Of a stretch of 30,382 bases of DNA, positions 27,701 to 30,382 are shown piece after piece (position 1 is the stretch's first letter; each line of letters begins with the position of its first letter). The notes beneath the pieces were generated by a model. That model was not told the DNA's origin and did not search any database. It saw nothing but the letters and a program-made list of their open reading frames with translations. Origin of the DNA: Bdellovibrionales bacterium RIFOXYD12_FULL_39_22. GTDB lineage: Bacteria > Bdellovibrionota > Bacteriovoracia > Bacteriovoracales > Bacteriovoracaceae. The stretch is taken from NCBI GenBank assembly GCA_001770205.1, contig MEQL01000048.1:62001-92382 (forward strand). Direction: 5' to 3'. The position numbers and the translations under genes are program-made.

Positions 27701-30381
27701 CATTAGCATCATCCAGCAATGTCGTGTTTACATAACCCGCTGTACAGACCCCGGGAAGTTCTAGGGTTACTGTGCGAGTTGTTGTGGACGCTGTGGCACC
27801 ATAAGAATATTCCGTCGGCGGATCGTCGTTATAGAGACAAACCCGAAATGAGTAAGTGGTTCCTTTTTGTAAATTATTTACAACGTAACTTGTGACATTA
27901 TAAACATCAATATCCTCCGTCCCACTTTGACAATCTGCTGGCGCAGTAGTTCCCACTAAATATGAAACAACAAATCCGATAGCGGGCCCTTCATTTGTCC
28001 ATGAAAGTGAAATCGAACCTGTTCCTGATGATATCGCTACTAAATTTAAAACATCTCCCGGTTCATAAATCGAAAAGGTTGCGGAAGCGGAGTTAGACAC
28101 TACACTATTGGCAGTTACTGTATAATTAAAGCTTGCCGCTCCGCTATAATTTAGTGGTGTTCCCGTCACTCCAACTGTACAGACTCCTCCTCCATCACAG
28201 GCACATGCCTGAGTTATTGTCACGCTACTTAGGGCACTCAAGCTGCAAGCCGTTGCCAAGTCGCTATCAGCATCAGTATAACTCAAGGTGATAATTGATT
28301 GTGTGTCCACATTAAAGCTGGCCGGCGTAATAGCACTCGCTACCGGTGCATCATCTGTGCTGTTAATTGTTAGTGTGGCCGCTGCGGAATTAGATACTGC
28401 GCTATTTGCCGTTACTGTGTAATTAAAGCTCGCGGCACCGCTATAATTTAATGGCGTTCCCGTCACTCCAACGGTGCAAACTCCTCCTCCATCGCAGGCA
28501 CATGNNNNNNNNNNNNNNNNNNNNNNNNNNNNNNNNNNNNNNNNNNNNNNNNNNNTCGCAGGCACATGCTTGAGTTATTGTCACGCTGCTTAGAGCACTC
28601 AAGCTGCAAGTCGTTGCCAAGTCACTATCAGCATCAGTATAGCTCAGAGTAATAATCGACTGTGTATCTTCATTAAAGCTGGCCGGCGTAATAGCGCTCG
28701 CTACCGGCGCATTATCTGTATTGTTAATTGTTAGTGTAGCAGAAGCAGAGTTAGATACTGCACTATTGGCAGTTACTGTATAATTAAAGCTCGCGGCACC
28801 ATTGTAGTTCAACGGCGTTCCCGTCACTCCAACGGTACAGACTCCTCCTCCATCACAGGCACATGCTTGAGTTATTGTCACGCTGCTTAGAGCACTCAGA
28901 CTGCAAGTCGTCGCCAAGTCGCTATCAGCATCAGTATAGCTCAGAGTAATAATCGACTGCGTATCTTCATTAAAACTAGCGGGCGTAATAGCACTCGCTA
29001 CCGGCGCATCATCTGTGCTGTTAATTGTTAGCGTGGCCGGAGCAGAATTTGACAATACTCCATTGGCGGTAACTGTATAGTCAAACCCGGCCGCACCATG
29101 ATAATTAGAAACTCCAGTCACTCCAACAGAACAGCTTCCGGCCACACATACGCAGGCGGCAGAAATAGTTACATTATCCAAATTGGCCAATGCACAGGCC
29201 GTCGCAAGATCACCTTCAACATCGGTATAGCTTAGAGTTATGATTGACTGAATATCTTCATCTAAATTTGCTGGAATAATGCTGTTCGCTACCGGCGCAT
29301 CATCTGTATTGTTGATTGTTAGTGTTGCCGCAGCGGAGTTAGATACTGCACTATTGGCAGTAACTGTATAATTAAAGCTGGCGGCACCATTGTAGTTCAA
29401 CGGTGTTCCCGTCACTCCAACAGTGCAGACTCCCCCTCCATCACAGGCACATGCTTGAGTTATTGTCACGCTGCTTAGAGCACTCAAGCTGCAAGTCGTC
29501 GCCAAGTCGCTATCAGCATCAGTATAATTGAGAGAGATAATCGACTGTGTGTCTTCATTAAAGCTTGCTGGCGTAATGGCGTTCGCAACTGGCGCATCAT
29601 CTATATTGTTAATTGTTAGTGTTGCAGCAGCGGAATTAGATACTGCACTATTGGCAGTTACTGTATAATTAAAGCTCGCAGCACCGCTGTAGTTCAACGG
29701 TGTTCCTGTTACTCCAACTGTGCAGACTCCTCCTCCATCACAGGCACATGCTTGAGTTATTGTCACGCTGCTTAGAGCACTCAAAATGCAAGTCGTTGCC
29801 AAGTCGCTATCAGCATCAGTATAACTCAAAGTGATAATTGACTGTGTGTCCTCATTAAAGCTTGCTGGCGTAATAGCACTCGCTACCGGCGCATTATCTG
29901 TATTGTTAATTGTTAGTGTAGCAGAAGCAGAGTTAGATACTGCACTATTGGCAGTTACTGTATAATTAAAGCTCGCGGCACCATTGTAGTTCAACGGCGT
30001 TCCCGTCACTCCAACGGTACAGACTCCTCCTCCATCACAGGCACATGCTTGAGTTATTGTCACGCTGCTTAGAGCACTCAGACTGCAAGTCGTCGCCAAG
30101 TCGCTATCAGCATCAGTATAGCTCAGAGTAATAATCGACTGCGTATCTTCATTAAAACTAGCGGGCGTAATAGCACTCGCTACCGGCGCATCATCTGTGC
30201 TGTTAATTGTTAGCGTGGCCGGAGCAGAATTTGACAATAATCCGTTGGCCGTAACTGTGTAGTCAAAACCGGCCGCACCATGATAATTAGAAACTCCAGT
30301 CACTCCAACAGAACAACTTCCGGCCACACATGCACAGGCGGAAGAAATAGTTACATTCTCTAAATTGGCCAACGCACAGGC
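24720..30381 (-). CDS. Giant surface/adhesin-like protein (cadherin-like repeats + FN3 + beta-propeller repeats); 5' end outside the window, interrupted by an assembly gap
   Basis: Track ORFs 28441..30372 and 24720..28565 carry the same repeat on both sides of the N-run. Removing 51 N plus a duplicated 13-mer fuses them in frame (>=1865 aa). The frame is open to the window edge. Confidence 0.88.
24723..27735 (-). repeat. 21 intragenic repeats of about 48 aa (about 144 bp), consensus FNPNASSTV-ALALSG-TLYVGG-FTTIGGQ-RNRIAAIDT-TGLAT
   Basis: Counted 21 (L/F/I)Y-GG-(F/Y) motifs in the translation. The pattern is beta-propeller-blade-like. Confidence 0.88.
27777..28064 (-). other. Fibronectin type III-like domain within the giant protein
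   Basis: PGDV-NL-A....SISLSW....Y.V-NLQKGTTYSFRV pattern. Confidence 0.75.
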
Positions 30382-30382
30382 C
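28065..30382 (-). repeat. Tandem cadherin-like/Ig-like repeats (297-bp type A, 291-bp type B): 7 complete + 1 partial, 1182-bp higher-order period
   Basis: Units start with D-(D/N)-A-P at 30195, 29898, 29601, 29304 (type B), 29013, 28716 and 28355. Motifs: DAP, ED, YTD(A/V)(D/E)-D, NY-G, F-YTVT. Confidence 0.92.
28505..28555. other. Assembly gap (51 N)
   Basis: N-run flanked by identical TCGCAGGCACATG at 28492-28504 and 28556-28568. Confidence 0.98.

Noticed and set aside
561..27712. Short alternative-frame and antisense ORFs in the track (e.g. 578..895, 3776..4147, 6597..6938, 13023..13421, 23233..23556, 25031..25468)
   Set aside because: They lie within or largely overlap well-supported genes and show no recognisable motifs; treated as shadow ORFs.
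24723..30382. Regular DNA repeats as a possible CRISPR array or DGR template/variable repeats
   Set aside because: Periods are multiples of 3 and in frame, with no unique spacers. Differences are mostly synonymous rather than adenine-specific, and there is no cas or reverse transcriptase gene.
24720..30382. Higher GC of the giant gene as evidence of recent horizontal transfer
   Set aside because: Explained by Gly/Ala/Thr-rich composition. GGCC enrichment persists there, and no integrase, IS or tRNA boundary is visible.

Overview
Chromosomal window of a low-GC Gram-negative bacterium. The gene set and protein style suggest Bdellovibrionota, probably Bacteriovoracia; this is an inference, and the N-gap indicates a draft or metagenome assembly. 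The left end has a tandem pair of GT-C glycosyltransferases: a 5'-truncated TMTC-like protein with TPRs and a DUF2723/TMEM260-like protein. Next come a secreted S8 protease behind a sigma-54-type promoter, lnt, kdsD, an outer-membrane lipoprotein, a HEAT-repeat protein, a membrane-anchored coiled-coil protein, hflX, a candidate 36-aa membrane peptide, a degenerate receiver protein, rpsA and an M3 peptidase. An envelope cluster follows on the minus strand: bamA-skp-lpxD-fabZ-lpxA-lpxB-lpxK-DUF3108. The right end encodes the C-terminal part (>=1865 aa) of a giant surface protein, split only by the N-gap, with four-cysteine cadherin-like repeats in a higher-order array, an FN3 domain and 21 beta-propeller-type repeats. 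Best leads: (1) a possible bacterial TMTC+TMEM260-type protein O-glycosylation system, with a cadherin-like candidate substrate in the same window; (2) the adhesin architecture; (3) strong over-representation of the palindrome GGCC. No rRNA, tRNA, CRISPR or mobile element was recognised.
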